Origin: Eledone cirrhosa
Taxonomy: Eukaryota
Length of the DNA stretch: 64,000 bases
NCBI GenBank assembly: GCA_964016885.1
Contig: OZ024743.1
Coordinates: 194,804,001-194,868,000 of the forward strand
Direction: 5' to 3'
Under the pieces are notes generated by a model. That model was not told where the DNA came from, made no database searches, and worked only from the letters and a program-made list of their open reading frames with translations. Shown piece after piece: positions 10,537 through 23,698 of the stretch; the stretch's first letter is position 1; each line of letters begins with the position of its first letter. The position numbers and the translations under genes are program-made.

Positions 10537-13330
10537 ATGGCCCACCTGAGATCCTTTCTCCACCAACTCCACAATCGCCTCAAACTTTTCCTCACCCCCT
10601 CCTTCCACCCTGCTATCTCCCCTCCGCCCTTCAACACTCCTACCTTCTCTTCGCCAAAACCCGGCACTCCAGCCACATCCATTTCCTCAGCCACTGCCTC
10701 CGCCTCCACCTTATCCCCCTTGGCTTCCGTCTACACTTCCACCCCTCCCCCGCTGCTTCCCCCTCCGCGCAACGTATCCTCACCCGATCCTCACGCCTTC
10801 TGATGCGCAACTCCATCCGCGCCTCCCATTCCACCCTCCGCCTACTTGACCACCAACTGACCCCCACCCTCCTCCGCCTTTACTCCACCTGCCACCCCCT
10901 CCTCGCCCAAGCCATCCTCTCCTTCATCCACAACCTCAACCACAACCTCTTCTCGTTCCTCAGCTCCACCAAAGCCCGCAAGCTACACTCACTCCCCTCC
11001 CCCATCCACCACCACCCGCCCATCCCCATACGCCCACCACTCTCCACCTCTCCTCCGACCCAAACTTCCACCCAATCTCCACCCCTCACCACACCCTCCC
11101 TTCCCTCCCCAAACACCCAAACCCCACCCCTTGTTGTCACCATACCCCCTGACCCCCCCCCTCTCCGCACCTGAGCGCTCACTCCTTAGTAGAGGCCTTC
11201 GCTTCATACCCCACACTTCGCTCAGCGACGATTTCCGCACCCGAACGGAAGTCGAGCGATTCGTGCGACGCACTAAGCTACAGGCACATTTCAGCCGAAC
11301 GCCACCGTCTTCGGACGCCCCAGACCCGTTTCTCGCCCTGGGACGACGACCATCTTCTTGTACGCCGGCCCCAGGGCAATTTAGCACCCTGGACGCCTTT
11401 GTCGATGCCAGCCGTAGCGCAGTAAATCGTTTCGACTTCCGCCACCGTTCCAAACGGCACAACATCTCACGGGGCGAACTCCTCGCTCTCCGCTCCCTCC
11501 GTAGCCGAGATGACATCGTCATCAAACCGGCGGACAAGGGAGGCGCCGTGGTGGTATGGCGCGCGGACCTCTACACGGCCGAAACCCTCAGGCAGCTCTG
11601 TAACCCCCTCTTTTACCGCCCTCTACCCTCCGATCCCACCCCTCTCTACCAACAACAAGTCTCCTCCACCATCAAAGACCTTATCGCCTCCTCCCTCCTC
11701 CCCCCCACCGCTTCCCACCTCATCGTCCGCACACCCCGCACCCCGACCATCTACTTCCTCCCCAAACTCCACAAACCCGACAACCCCGGCCGCCCCATCG
11801 TCTCCGCTTGCAGCTGCCCCACCGAACTCATCTCCGCCTTTCTCGACTCCCTCCTCGCCCCCCTTGTCACCACCCTCCCCTCCCACATCTCTGACACCAA
11901 CCACGCCCTGCGCATTTTCGACTCCTTCACCTACCTACCCGGCCCTCAGCCATTCCTCTTCACCCTAGACATCAAGTCCCTCTATACCGTCATCCCCCAC
12001 GCCGACGGCCTTCGCGCCCTCAAACACTACCTCGACCTTCGCCCCTCCCCCATTCCCTCCACCCCCACCCTCCTTCGCCTCGCCGAGCTGGTCGTCACCC
12101 TAAATTGTTTCTCCTTCTCGGGTGTGTTTTACCAACAGGTCACGGGGGTAGCCATGGGCACAAGAATGGGCCCGAACTATGCCAACCTTTTTTTTGGCCA
12201 TGTTGAGGCCCAAATCTTTGCCCAGTACACCGGCGCCACGCCCGAATTGTACGGTCGTTACATTGACGACTGTATCGGAGCCACGACCCTCACCCGAGTA
12301 CAGCTCGACTCCTTTCTCTCCTCTTCTGCTCCTTCCACCCCTCCCTCCACTTCACCACCTCTATCTCCACCACCCACGTCCACTTCTTGGACATCTCCGT
12401 CGCCTTCGACCCCTCCCACCACTCCCTCGTCACCTCCGCCTTCTTCAAACCCACCGACTCCCACTCTTACCTCGACTTCACCTCTTCCCACCCCACCCAC
12501 ACTAAACTCTCCATTCCCTACTCCCAACTTCTCAGGAACCGCCGCCTCTGTAGCCGAGATGCTGACTTCGAGTCCCAGGCCCTTTCCCTAGTCAGCCATT
12601 TCATCCGCAGAGGTTACCCCCCCTCTCTCGTCCACACCGCTCTCACCCGCGCCCGTGCTATCCCCCGCTCCACCACCCTCACCCCACGCCACCGCACACC
12701 CACCCACCGTCTCCCCTTCCCCATCACCTACCACCCCTCCACCTTACCCCTCCACCGCACCATCCGCCGCTTCTTCCGACGCCTCCAGTCCGACCCCTCC
12801 ACCTCCCACATCTTCCCCACCCCACCACTCCCCTCCTTCAAACGCGCACGCAATCTCCGCACCCTCCTCGTCCACAGCTCCCTACCCCCCAATCCACGCT
12901 CCGTTTCCCCCCCGGTTCCTTCCCCTGTTCTAGGCCCCGCTGCAACACCTGTCCCCACATCACCAACACCACCACCTTCCAGGGTCCCAACGGCCACCCT
13001 CTCTCGGTCCGGCATGCCTTCCGCTGCACCTCCTCCAACCTAGTCTACGGACTTCGTTGCACGGAGTGCAGCGCGACTTATGTCGGACAGACGGGACGTC
13101 GCCTGGCGGACCGAGTCACGGAGCACCTCCGGGACATTCGTCTCGGGGGCAGTTCCCCCATCGCCCGCCACTTTGGTGGCCCTGGACACTCCGCACGCCA
13201 ACTCACAGTCTGTGGCCTACTCCAGTGCCACGGAACACCCGCCCATCGCCTTACGGTCGAACAACGTACTATCTTCATCTTACAGACCCACACTCCCCCC
13301 GGCCTGAACTCCCCACCCTTATTCCTTTAG
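10537..13330 (+). pseudogene. PLE polyprotein (RT + GIY-YIG endonuclease), ~4 frameshifts
   Basis: HFLSHC..LIPLG N-terminus; IKPADKGGAVVV, YFLPKLHK, GRPIVS, LDIKSLYT, QVTGVAMGT, RYIDD; KPTD..YLDFTSSHP; CSRPRCNTC linker; NLVYGLRC..C..TYVGQTGRRL..R..EH; PPGLN; TAG at 13328-13330. Confidence 0.92.
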
Positions 13331-14515
13331 CGTTCGACCGCCCCCCTCCCACCACACTTATCCCCCACTAACACCACTAACACACCCCTCCTTTTCACCG
13401 CCCACCCCACACTAACAATACTAACACCTCCACTCCACCCCTCATCTGACCACCCTTCCCCAACTAACATACTAACATCCCTTCCCTCCCCTCTTCTCCC
13501 CCTCCCCCCTCCTTATCACATGCACACACGCACCCACTTACACCACCCACCCGACACGCAACTAACATCACTAACACCCTCCAACCCCACGCACACGTAC
13601 CCACACACCCTCGTACACCACCAACTCTACACACCCTACCCCCACTAACCCTCACTCACACCTGCATTCCACCTCTCCCCACCTCCCGTATACTAACACC
13701 CACTAATACCTCTTCACCAAACTACACACACACCAGTACACCACACTCCCTCCATAGAACCTCACACACCCTTCTCTCCCCGCTCCACACTCACTCATCC
13801 CACTAACACCCCTACTAATACACACACACACACACACACACACATACACACACACCCTCCTCACTCCAACTCTCACACCTACCCATCCTCGCCTCCCTAC
13901 CATTCCGCCGACTGCTGCTATGCCCTTCCGACCACTGTCTCAGCACCAACTGACCACAGCACTTCCACTGCCGACCACTTCCTGTTGCGCGCGCACCCCA
14001 CATCTCTCCTCTTCCGACCACCGCTTCTTGGATTACCCACACGCGTTATTGACTTCCAACTAAAATCTCCATACATCCGTGTAACTTACCACTTTTCAAC
14101 CATCCTCTTACACCATCACCTATATAACTCACCCACACACACACCCCAAAAAAATTTTTTATCCACACGCCACCCACACCCACATCACGCTTAAACCACA
14201 CACACGTGCTTCCCACCACATATTTACACCCTCAGCCCCCTGATTCCTCTCCCCCCACCCCCTTATCCACACACGCACAGACCCTCCGACCCACAAAAAC
14301 ACCCCCCACATACACCTTCCTGAACATGCAACCCCGTTCTTCCCCCAACCCTTACTTTCACATACACACACACACACACGCACACCTAACCACACACACC
14401 ACCTTCAGCCCTCCCCGCTCGGACACCCCGTCTCCCTCTCCCCACTCCACCCGCCACCACCTCTACTCACCCCGCACCCTTCCACCACCTGTTTACCCCC
14501 CTTTTAATTTCAGTT

Positions 14516-14620
14516 TATTTTGATCATGCCTTTATTTTTAAATTTTCTCATTCCTTGTATTTTGATCATGCCTTTATTTTAAATTTTCTCATTCCTTGTA
14601 TTTTGATCATGCTTTATTTT
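14516..14620 (+). repeat. ~40-bp tandem repeat (about 2.5 copies) in PLE 3' UTR
   Basis: TTTTGATCATGCCTTTATTTTAAATTTTCTCATTCCTTGTA repeated. Confidence 0.85.
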
Positions 14621-14728
14621 TATTTATTATTTATTATATTTTTGTCTTTATTTGTTAATTTTTCATTCGCACCGTTTCCTTTCGCTATATGTCTCTCCAC
14701 CACTCCCCTACACACCTTTTGAACTCTC

Positions 14729-14760
14729 ACCTGAAGAAGGGCTTATGCCCGAAACGTCGT
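14729..14760 (+). ncRNA. Minimal type I hammerhead ribozyme of the Neptune PLE
   Basis: AC-CTGAAGA-A-GGGC-TTAT-GCCC-GAAAC-GTC-GT, the minimal PLE-type hammerhead architecture. Confidence 0.85.
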
Positions 14761-14868
14761 CCCCCACCTACCCCCCACTCTCCTGAGCGTGAATTTAATA
14801 AACATTTATCGTACTGCCTCTCTGTTCTGTCCCTGTTCAATTTTTCATTATACATGTATTTATATATA

Positions 14869-14914
<46 letters not shown>

Positions 14915-15020
14915 CGCAGGAATGATATATTCAGCAATCGATAAAAGTTTGCAAATTTTTAAAGCAATCTCATCGATTATATTGTTTTATTATATTTTAT
15001 TATATTATATATATAGCCAA

Positions 15021-15210
15021 GGCGGTGGATTGGCAGTATCGGTAGAGGGTCGGACGCCATGCTTTGACGCATAGAGTTACGGCCCTTGCCATTCTGAGTT
15101 CAAATCCCGGCGAGGTTAACTTTGCCTTTCATCCTTACGGGGTCGATAAAATATAGTCCAGTAATGCACTGTGTAATTGCTGGCCTTGTGGCAAAAGTAG
15201 AAACAATTAT
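15021..15210 (+). mobile_element. SINE, young short-form copy
   Basis: Full head to GAAACAATTAT tail; lacks the GTCGATTTAATCGAC segment. Confidence 0.9.
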
Positions 15211-15359
15211 ATATATAGCAATGTCGTTTGGTTTGTCTACTTCCTTACTTTAACTTACCATCTGTAATCCTCCCTATGTAAAAGGATGTTATTTGTAAAT
15301 AACACTACCTACTACTTTAAGTGTTCATGTGTCAAATGTAGAAACAATTATTTATCCGT

Positions 15360-15514
15360 TGGACATGTTTCCAGCATAGTTACATCCCTTTACAATCTGA
15401 GTTCAAATCCCGCCAAGGTTAACTTTGCCTTTCATCCTTACGAGGTCGATAAAATAAAGTACCAGTAATGTACTGGTTATTTGCTGGCCTTGTGCCGAAA
15501 GTAGAAACAATTAT
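15360..15514 (+). mobile_element. SINE, 5'-truncated
   Basis: B box, central block and tail present. Confidence 0.8.
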
Positions 15515-16289
15515 TTATCGCCCCAAGCTTTCCTATTACTAGACTGTATTTTTATTTCCTACATCCTTCTTTCATCACTTTGCATTCCCAACCCCTATTT
15601 CTACTTTATCTGGCTGTCACAGGAGGAACTTTGACCTTCTCTTTCATCCATCTCTGCAGCTTACACACACACGGTACTTCCAATGCCACTCAGATTGTGT
15701 ATAGGAAGCACTGAGGCGTTTCGTGGTTGATGTCATTTGAAATCCCAACACATTAATTGCTAGAGAGAAAATATTTGTTTTTCTATTTACTCCAGCTATG
15801 CGGGCTATCCAGTCAATTTTTAACCGTTACTAGTCCCTCAAAAAAAGGGGAGGGGGGGGGGGGGGGGGGGGTAACTGAAAAATATAAAACGGTTAAATCG
15901 GATTCCATACATAATTTCATGGTCCCATTATAAGCATTGTAATATTTTAATTCATGAACATTTTTAACATAGCCTCCTGCTAGCATGACTCAGATTTCTA
16001 ACCTCATAATATATCTATCATCATACGTTACATTGCCCTGCCACCCTGTATCAGCGATAACAAAGAAAACTATTTATAACTCACATTAACTACATTAGCA
16101 CAAATAACCCAAATCTGTTTGCTGTTCGTTCTACCGTCCTTCTGGTGTTATTTGAGAGTTGCTTTCATAAATGTATTTACCAACTTTAATATCACATGAT
16201 CTCATTGTAATTTATTGTCGCCATTCTGTATGGAAGATTGTCGTATTATCTTGTCAAAATCTAGAGTGCTTTACATTTTCTTCATAGCA

Positions 16290-16497
16290 GGATGGTTAGA
16301 GCGTCGAACAAATATGTTGTAATATTTGTTATGACTCTACATTCGGATTTCAAATCTCCGGAGATCACATTTGCCTTTTATCCTTCCGCAGTCGATAAAA
16401 TAAAGTACCAGTGAAATACTGGTGTCGATGTAATCAAATTTATCTTTTCTCTACAACATTGTTGATTTGTAGCACAATTAGAAATACTTATAATTAC
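16290..16497 (+). mobile_element. SINE, older diverged copy
   Basis: TTGCCTTTTATCCTTCCGCAGTCGATAAAATAAAGTACCAG. Confidence 0.7.
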
Positions 16498-16729
16498 TAT
16501 GACCATTTTGTGAAAATATTTAGAAATTCTTATTTTTCTCATTATGTAAACTGGAAATACTACCTGTTGTTTGCTTAACAGACAAAACGTTTAGGATATA
16601 GGTATTTAAATGAATATATTCATAGATATATTTGGATATTCAAATTGCATTTTCACTCTGAAACTGGATCTACACTCGGAGTTTACCTGAACTTCCAACA
16701 GGAAATCTTTTCGTATCACTGATATTTCT

Positions 16730-17100
16730 TTGCTTCTTGCATTAGTTAAATACTCCACGACTCACTACCACTTTTCCTCCACTATACTCCTCTTACTTCC
16801 ACCTTCTCCTTCTCATCAGTCTATTTCTTTCACACCCCAATTCCTATTCCCAATCTCACGCCCAATTTCAAATCTTTTCTCCGCTAGCTCCGTTCCACTC
16901 TCAAACGCTTCCTCCAACCTCTCCCTCCATATTCCGCCCTACCCGTCCTATCAATCTTTCTAATTTCTCATTATTTCTTCTGATAATGGACTAGTGTCCG
17001 AAAAGGTAAGACGCTCTTCCTGTTATTTCAAGTGTTACTCTAATATATTCCTTCCATATACTGTACCGATTGTGTTGTTATCTCTGTTTTTTTTTACATA
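16730..17100 (+). mobile_element. PLE 3' UTR remnant with mutated hammerhead
   Basis: Pyrimidine-rich tract followed by CTGATAA-T-GGAC-TAGT-GTCC-GAAA-AGG-TA (16980-17008). Confidence 0.5.
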
Positions 17101-17130
17101 CTTACATACATACACACATATATATATATA

Positions 17131-17400
17131 CACTTTAAACTTTCGCCTGCACCACAGACGGTGGCTAAGCCTTCCAAATGACTCACTTGCTTTGCTAACG
17201 CGCAGACCAACTTCTGCATCCAAAGAGCAGGTCACACTCAGAGTACACCCCAAATACACAAATCTGTCAGCAACCTTCAGCTTTTGACCGTATACAAATA
17301 GAAAACTTTCTCCGGAGCCGGTTGGTACATGACGACAGTTTTCTTTAGACTGATTGTCAGTCCCACATCACTGTACGCATTAGAAAAAGAACTGATTTCT
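17131..17400 (-). mobile_element. RTE/BovB-like LINE RT fragment
   Basis: GLTISLKKTVVMYQPAP; FVYLGCTLS..SLDAEVGLRVSKASESFGRLSHRLW. Confidence 0.85.
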
Positions 17401-17666
<266 letters not shown>

Positions 17667-18319
17667 AAGAGCTAGCCGGTAGTATCTAGCCTCCTTTTCT
17701 AGTCCCTGTTCATTACATGTAAGGGTTGTTAGATTACCTTATATATTTTTATACTCAAGACTGCCCTTTGTACGCATTGCATTTTATAGTGGTTTGGCCA
17801 CTTCACCTCGCATTATCAGTAGATAGTACCGTGATGACAATGTTTATGATATGGGTGACATACTTGAATCCTTATTCCACAGCGTGTATCTATTGTCATA
17901 TCTTAGTATTTTGCTTATATCTTTTGTGTATCAGGTATTTCATTGTTATTTCCCGGTCATCGATTGCAAAAACATATCCTTCAAAATAGAATCAATTATA
18001 CCGGTTGTTGAACAAACATAGACTACTTTGTTTATCTAAACTACTATCCTTTTCAGGTTTTCTGACAACATAGCCATGCACGAATTTTTGGTGATAAGCT
18101 GATAGCATTTCAGCCACTAGGTTCTAGCAGTAGTGCTGTGCAATACCGCAGAGTATGTGTTTTCAATCATCATTCACTAAGTCTTTCTCAAGAAGCCCCC
18201 TCACAGCTCTCATGATATTATCTGCCTCATGCAGAAAGATTTGTTCTATGGGTGGGCTTCTACGCTTGGTGGTTAGGATATGATGTGACATATAAATGCT
18301 ATATATATATATATATATA

Positions 18320-18711
18320 TGAAATACAATATGTCGAAAAGGTAACACACTAGAGAGAGATAGTGCGCCATCAATAAAACAAGGAAAAACCACCAGTGTA
18401 TGGAATCTATAACCTATAAAAGCGGCAAAATGTCAAATGTTAGTATCGGAAATTTATACAGGATCGATTGCTTTGTTAAGTTCAGGGGAGGGTGCAAATG
18501 AGCTTGTTGAAGTATAAAAGCAAGATAATGATGAAGTCATAGGGAAACAAAGCGGTCGAGCACAGTATCAAAGCTTCTTCGGTGTATATAAGTGTATGAA
18601 AAAGTCCTAGTCCTGTAGAAGCTATTTATATATTAAAGTGTGTATACACTCTAGTAATGTTTTCACTACCTTACTTACCGCGGTTACCCTTGATTTAACC
18701 CGGGACTCACA
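18320..18711. mobile_element. ~390-bp interspersed repeat with TG...CA ends in (TA)n (possible solo LTR); partial inverted copy at ~8385-8500
   Basis: Ends TGAAATAC...GGGACTCACA; reverse complement of 18600-18710 aligns with 8385-8495 (GAGTC.CGGGTT.AATC..GGGTAACC...CTACAGGACTAG). Confidence 0.4.
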
Positions 18712-18941
18712 TATATATATATATAGATATGGTTATAGATAATTCGTAATATGGTCATGTACTTATGTAAGTAGACGTTTTAAAGTAAACTGTTGAAAAT
18801 CACTACAGACAGGGAATGTCTAAAAATAGAATTATAAACAAATGTGTTTATATTTTATCGATATTTAACACTATTGGAATTATGTTGACATGTAGACGAT
18901 TCAAACTTTAGTTTGTTATAACACACACACACACACACACG

Positions 18942-19102
<161 letters not shown>

Positions 19103-20244
19103 GAATATTTATATACATATATATTTATATATAAATATATATACTCACACAGACACACAGACACACATATATATATATATACATATATTTGTATATTTAT
19201 TTATATATTTATATATTCATATGCTTGTGAGAAAAATGTACTGTCCGACTTACGTTTTTCTTTTTTATATTTGTAATGTATCAGACGGGTATCGGTTAAA
19301 CCAAAATACAATACAAACAGAAACGATGTTCATCAATAAAAATATCTTATATGTTAATCAATAAATGTATTATAGAGAAGAATCTTTTAAAACCTGCAGG
19401 ACATTGATTATATTTATGAAAATCATCAATAACCCGAAACTGAGGAGGTAGGGGTATATTAAATGGTACGTCAGTCATGACTTCTTGTGACTTGCTTAAA
19501 TTAATATAACCTTGATTATATAGAATAGAGATGATGATAATGATAATCGATGACCTGTAATTTGTAATGTATGAACTGCTTGTAGCTTTAAGGTGTTTGA
19601 AACAATGTTGATCCATTGATTATTATATCTTCAATGTAGTGACTTCTATTACAGGTTAAAGGCCTAAAATGTCCTAATAAAGTGGTTGACTGTAAATTGA
19701 ATTTCTTCTATTAACGTACAGGGCAATGTGCCATCGTCTGAAATAATATATTGACAATAAATTCATGGAGATGCAATAAGTTGTCTGTCCTTCTATACAG
19801 TTGCATTGCTCTATACACCTGTATTTATTTCCCTCTATTTGTAATAACATGTGAATCCATATGAGGATCAATTCCATTCTTTCTAAAGAAATACATAACA
19901 AAAATCGTTTGACAGTTTTCATGTTGCAAATATATCACATAAAAAGATTCAATACTCATCTGTTGTTGGCTATGGGCTCACATTGGAAACCATGATTATT
20001 ATTAATAAAGTCAGTTTGATGGCAGAATTTGTAGAACATTGCATGCCAAAATGTTTTTACAATTGTCACACAGTATAACTGTGTGACATGAACTTTGTAT
20101 CGCACTGACGTTTAACAGATTCAGCAAATTCACAATCGTTTCCTGCAATATATCATACAGATTCAGTCAAAGCCATGTCTCTAACTACATATTCCTAGAA
20201 TACCAAAGGTACATGCAACTATGAGAATATCTTCTATGTTCAGT

Positions 20245-20665
20245 TTAAATAGACCAGCCAGGTGATCTACATAGAAAAAGGTTCATGTTGCCACACCAGC
20301 TATTTTCCAGAGTTGTGAAACCGTGACTAAGCTCACCCAGAGAGGAGTTACAAGGATAAATCCGAGGTTTGACCTGAATTCCAACCAGGAGTTGGTCGAA
20401 ATCCATCCATATAAGTTTGATATTTTGGCTGTGGACAGTTTTGAATGGCGTTATCGATGCTCCAGAGCAGAGTAGTACTTGCAGAATCTGAAGGCAAGAT
20501 TTGAGAGACATAAAACGTCATATGCTCCAGCCATATGCAACCGTGTTCCATGATCAACTCTCAACCATATAAGTGCGTGGGACTCGGGTCTTTGAGTTCA
20601 AATGCATGGCCCCGGACGTTGAGAGCACCACACACAATGCTCTTTCGACTATGAGAGTTTACCAT
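20245..20665 (+). mobile_element. Degraded RTE LINE 3' fragment
   Basis: ILAVDSFEWRYRC resembles the RTE WE.LA.DR..WR motif; a degenerate zinc-finger-like tail follows. Confidence 0.45.
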
Positions 20666-22776
20666 TCACTAACATAATAATGGTGTTTATATACTTCATA
20701 TTTGAAAATGATTTTTAACAGAAATATTTTGTAAGGGATATTTAAAACCATCATCGAACAAGGGATGTAATATATCCTTCTTCTGTGAGGTATTTATAAA
20801 TTTTAAACTGACCTAGGTTGCATAATAAATTTTCTTTTTTCCAGGTGTTTTATATTGTCTAGTGAATGCAAATCAATGACTTCCAGTTACAGATTTCATG
20901 GAAGTTTATCAATAATACAGTCAAATAGAGTTTCAGTTATTTCAATGTTTTGTTACATTTTTGTGTAACCTGGAAAACACCATTGAACCTGTAGCTTCAG
21001 ACTAAATGTGATAGAAAACGCCGAATTCGCTGAATGGCTGGATTCTCCACAGCAGGCAAAAATTGTAGAAGATATGTATTATTAACTGGGATGAACAACG
21101 TTAATTTTGTTACATATAAGCTAAAAATCACCGTGAAGTCAACTCGTTAAGATACCTCATTAAGTTAGCTAAGAATGACAACTTTCACAACCATTTTCCG
21201 TTTGTAAGCGGTGGTTGAGTATGCTATTCCTAATTAAATCTCTCAATCTTCATCCGAAATTAAAAGACGACACTTGTGAGAAAAGGTTACTGCTTTTAAG
21301 CCATCTTACAATAGTGTAGTAAGGCAAATCATTATATGCAGCTTCTATTACTCAAAAATATGTTTAAAATTCTGATGATTGAGTGCATGCAATCGAATAA
21401 AATTCACTGCTGATAAAACTAGTATCACACATGACAAACCTAAATATTTCCTGGAAAGTGTCTGCTGCTGAGTGATGCAGGTTGTCACAAATTTGTAGAA
21501 TTGTACGACGAAATCCTTTCCTGATTGTCATATATTTTTCTCCATCAATTTTAATACATCTTAGACATTCTGAAATCAACTTACATTCGGTCAATGACTC
21601 CTTCACTGCTTCGAAAATGATTTTACCAATAAGTCCGTGCATGCTGCTCAAGAAAGCTAGTCCTTACGACACTTCAAAGTTAATATTAATTTTCCGAATG
21701 AAGTATATTAACATAGTGTTTTCACACATATCAACAACCGAAGAAATCTAATTGAAGTCTTGCAGTTTATTGTTTTATAGGCACAATATGTTGTGTCGAC
21801 TCACCGAATACTCGAGTACAAATCTTTTTTTTTTCAGGACATACATAATGAGTTGCTGCTATCATAAAAAAATTAATTCGTCGATCAACAGTAAATGACT
21901 TTCCTTTAATAAATAAGCTTTAGCTGCAGCATTATTATTAGCATTTGTCCTAGGGGAACATGGCTGTTATGATAAAATATTCTGTTTCATGTCTTCATAT
22001 TCCTCATGACGTAGTATTCCTGTTAAATGAGAACAGTAATATGAATGCTTTGTTTGGTAATGCCTACGTGTATTGTATTTCTATAGCACTGCAATAATCG
22101 CCCTATGTTATTGCTTTTTTTTTTCAGTTATGAAATTTCCACCCTCCAATGTTCTTTGAAGACGTGTCATTCAGACCCAGATGTTGACCTCTTCTCTCGG
22201 GAGTTTATGGCTATATGTTATGGTTAATTCAAGTTTCGTGTTACCGCGAATTCAAACCCCAACCAAACGCTTTATTAGAAATGTACATACATTATATAAT
22301 TAAAATCGTTTTGTCAAATCGAGGTTTAAAAAAATTAAGATTGAATATTAAATGATGAAATAAGAAATAAGAAAGACAGAAAGGTCGATAGATGGATCAG
22401 AAGGATACACATATTGAATAATAATAAAAAAGAAAGGAGGAGCGGAATGTCTGAAGGACAATTTGCAATCTAGAGAGACATGGAATGTAATTGTGTGGTC
22501 AGGGAAACACAGGAAAAGATGTGATGTGGAACAGAGATAGAAAGGAAGAAGACGTAGGGTTGTTAATCATTTGACTACAGTACATAGATAGAGAAATAAT
22601 AAAATGAGGGGGTGGGATGAAAATTCATAGGGGACGAAATGTATATAACATGCCAAAGTGGAAAAACTATAAGGTGTCTGGAAGACAATATATATATATA
22701 TATATTGATGTATGTATATATGTACGAATGAATGCGAAGACTGGTTTGGTAAGTTACATAATTGTATTTATTATTA

Positions 22777-22970
22777 GTGGTGGATTGGCAGTATCGGTAG
22801 AGGGTCGGACGCCATGCTTTCCAGCATAGTTACGTCCCTTTACGATCTGAGTTCAAATCCCGCCGAGGTTGACTTTGCCTTTCATCCTTACGGGGTCGAT
22901 AAAATAAAGTACAATTAATGCACTGGGTAATTGCTGGCCTTGTGCCTAAAGTAGAAACAATTATTATTAT
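22777..22970 (+). mobile_element. SINE, young short-form copy
   Basis: Near-identical to the 15021, 40211 and 56918 copies. Confidence 0.9.
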
Positions 22971-23358
22971 GGTCATTTCAGTAACACCGGAGTATTGCAA
23001 TAATGCAATTGCAAAAACTGGTATGAATGACATCATCAGATAATTACGAAGACTGATTATGTATGTCAAAATGAAACTGTTGATATGCTCTAAGCAGTGA
23101 TACACTTCATACTCCACCCTGTCAGAGGCGATCCTATATCAAATGTGAATACATACTACCGGCGTAGATGACTCCATCTGTTTACACAATAGCTTGTTGA
23201 TTGAAATGAGGCATACGCAACTCTCAGAAATAAACGCTTGATCAAATATCGACAACTATGCATGTATATATAAAAATGTCTCCTTTCAAACGTTAAACTA
23301 ATATATGTTTTCATTGTAGTCTGTTTGGTTTCTTGTTGTCCGTTTACTTTTCGCATAT

Positions 23359-23429
<71 letters not shown>

Positions 23430-23554
23430 TATATATATACATTTATATATATATATATATATATACATATATTTACATTTATATATATATATATATACAT
23501 ATATATATACATTTTTCTATATATATATATATATATACATATATATATACATTT

Positions 23555-23622
<68 letters not shown>

Positions 23623-23635
23623 ATATATATATATT

Positions 23636-23666
<31 letters not shown>

Positions 23667-23667
23667 G

Positions 23668-23698
<31 letters not shown>

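Larger units (their letters stand above)
10320..14850 (+). mobile_element. Penelope-like retroelement, Neptune-type, near full length
   Basis: RT + GIY-YIG coding region, long C/A-rich 3' UTR, terminal hammerhead and AATAAA (~14798); flanked by (TA)n and (TG)n. Confidence 0.92.

Noticed and set aside
13365-13820. Telomeric (CCCTAA)n remnant
   Set aside because: The unit is ACTAAC with irregular spacing, not tandem CCCTAA.
15847-15872. Poly-G run as a functional G-quadruplex
   Set aside because: Simple homopolymer with no supporting context; length unreliable.
19600-22100. Possible MULE/FLYWCH transposase remnants on the minus strand
   Set aside because: Only vague Cys patterns; no diagnostic motif recoverable by eye.
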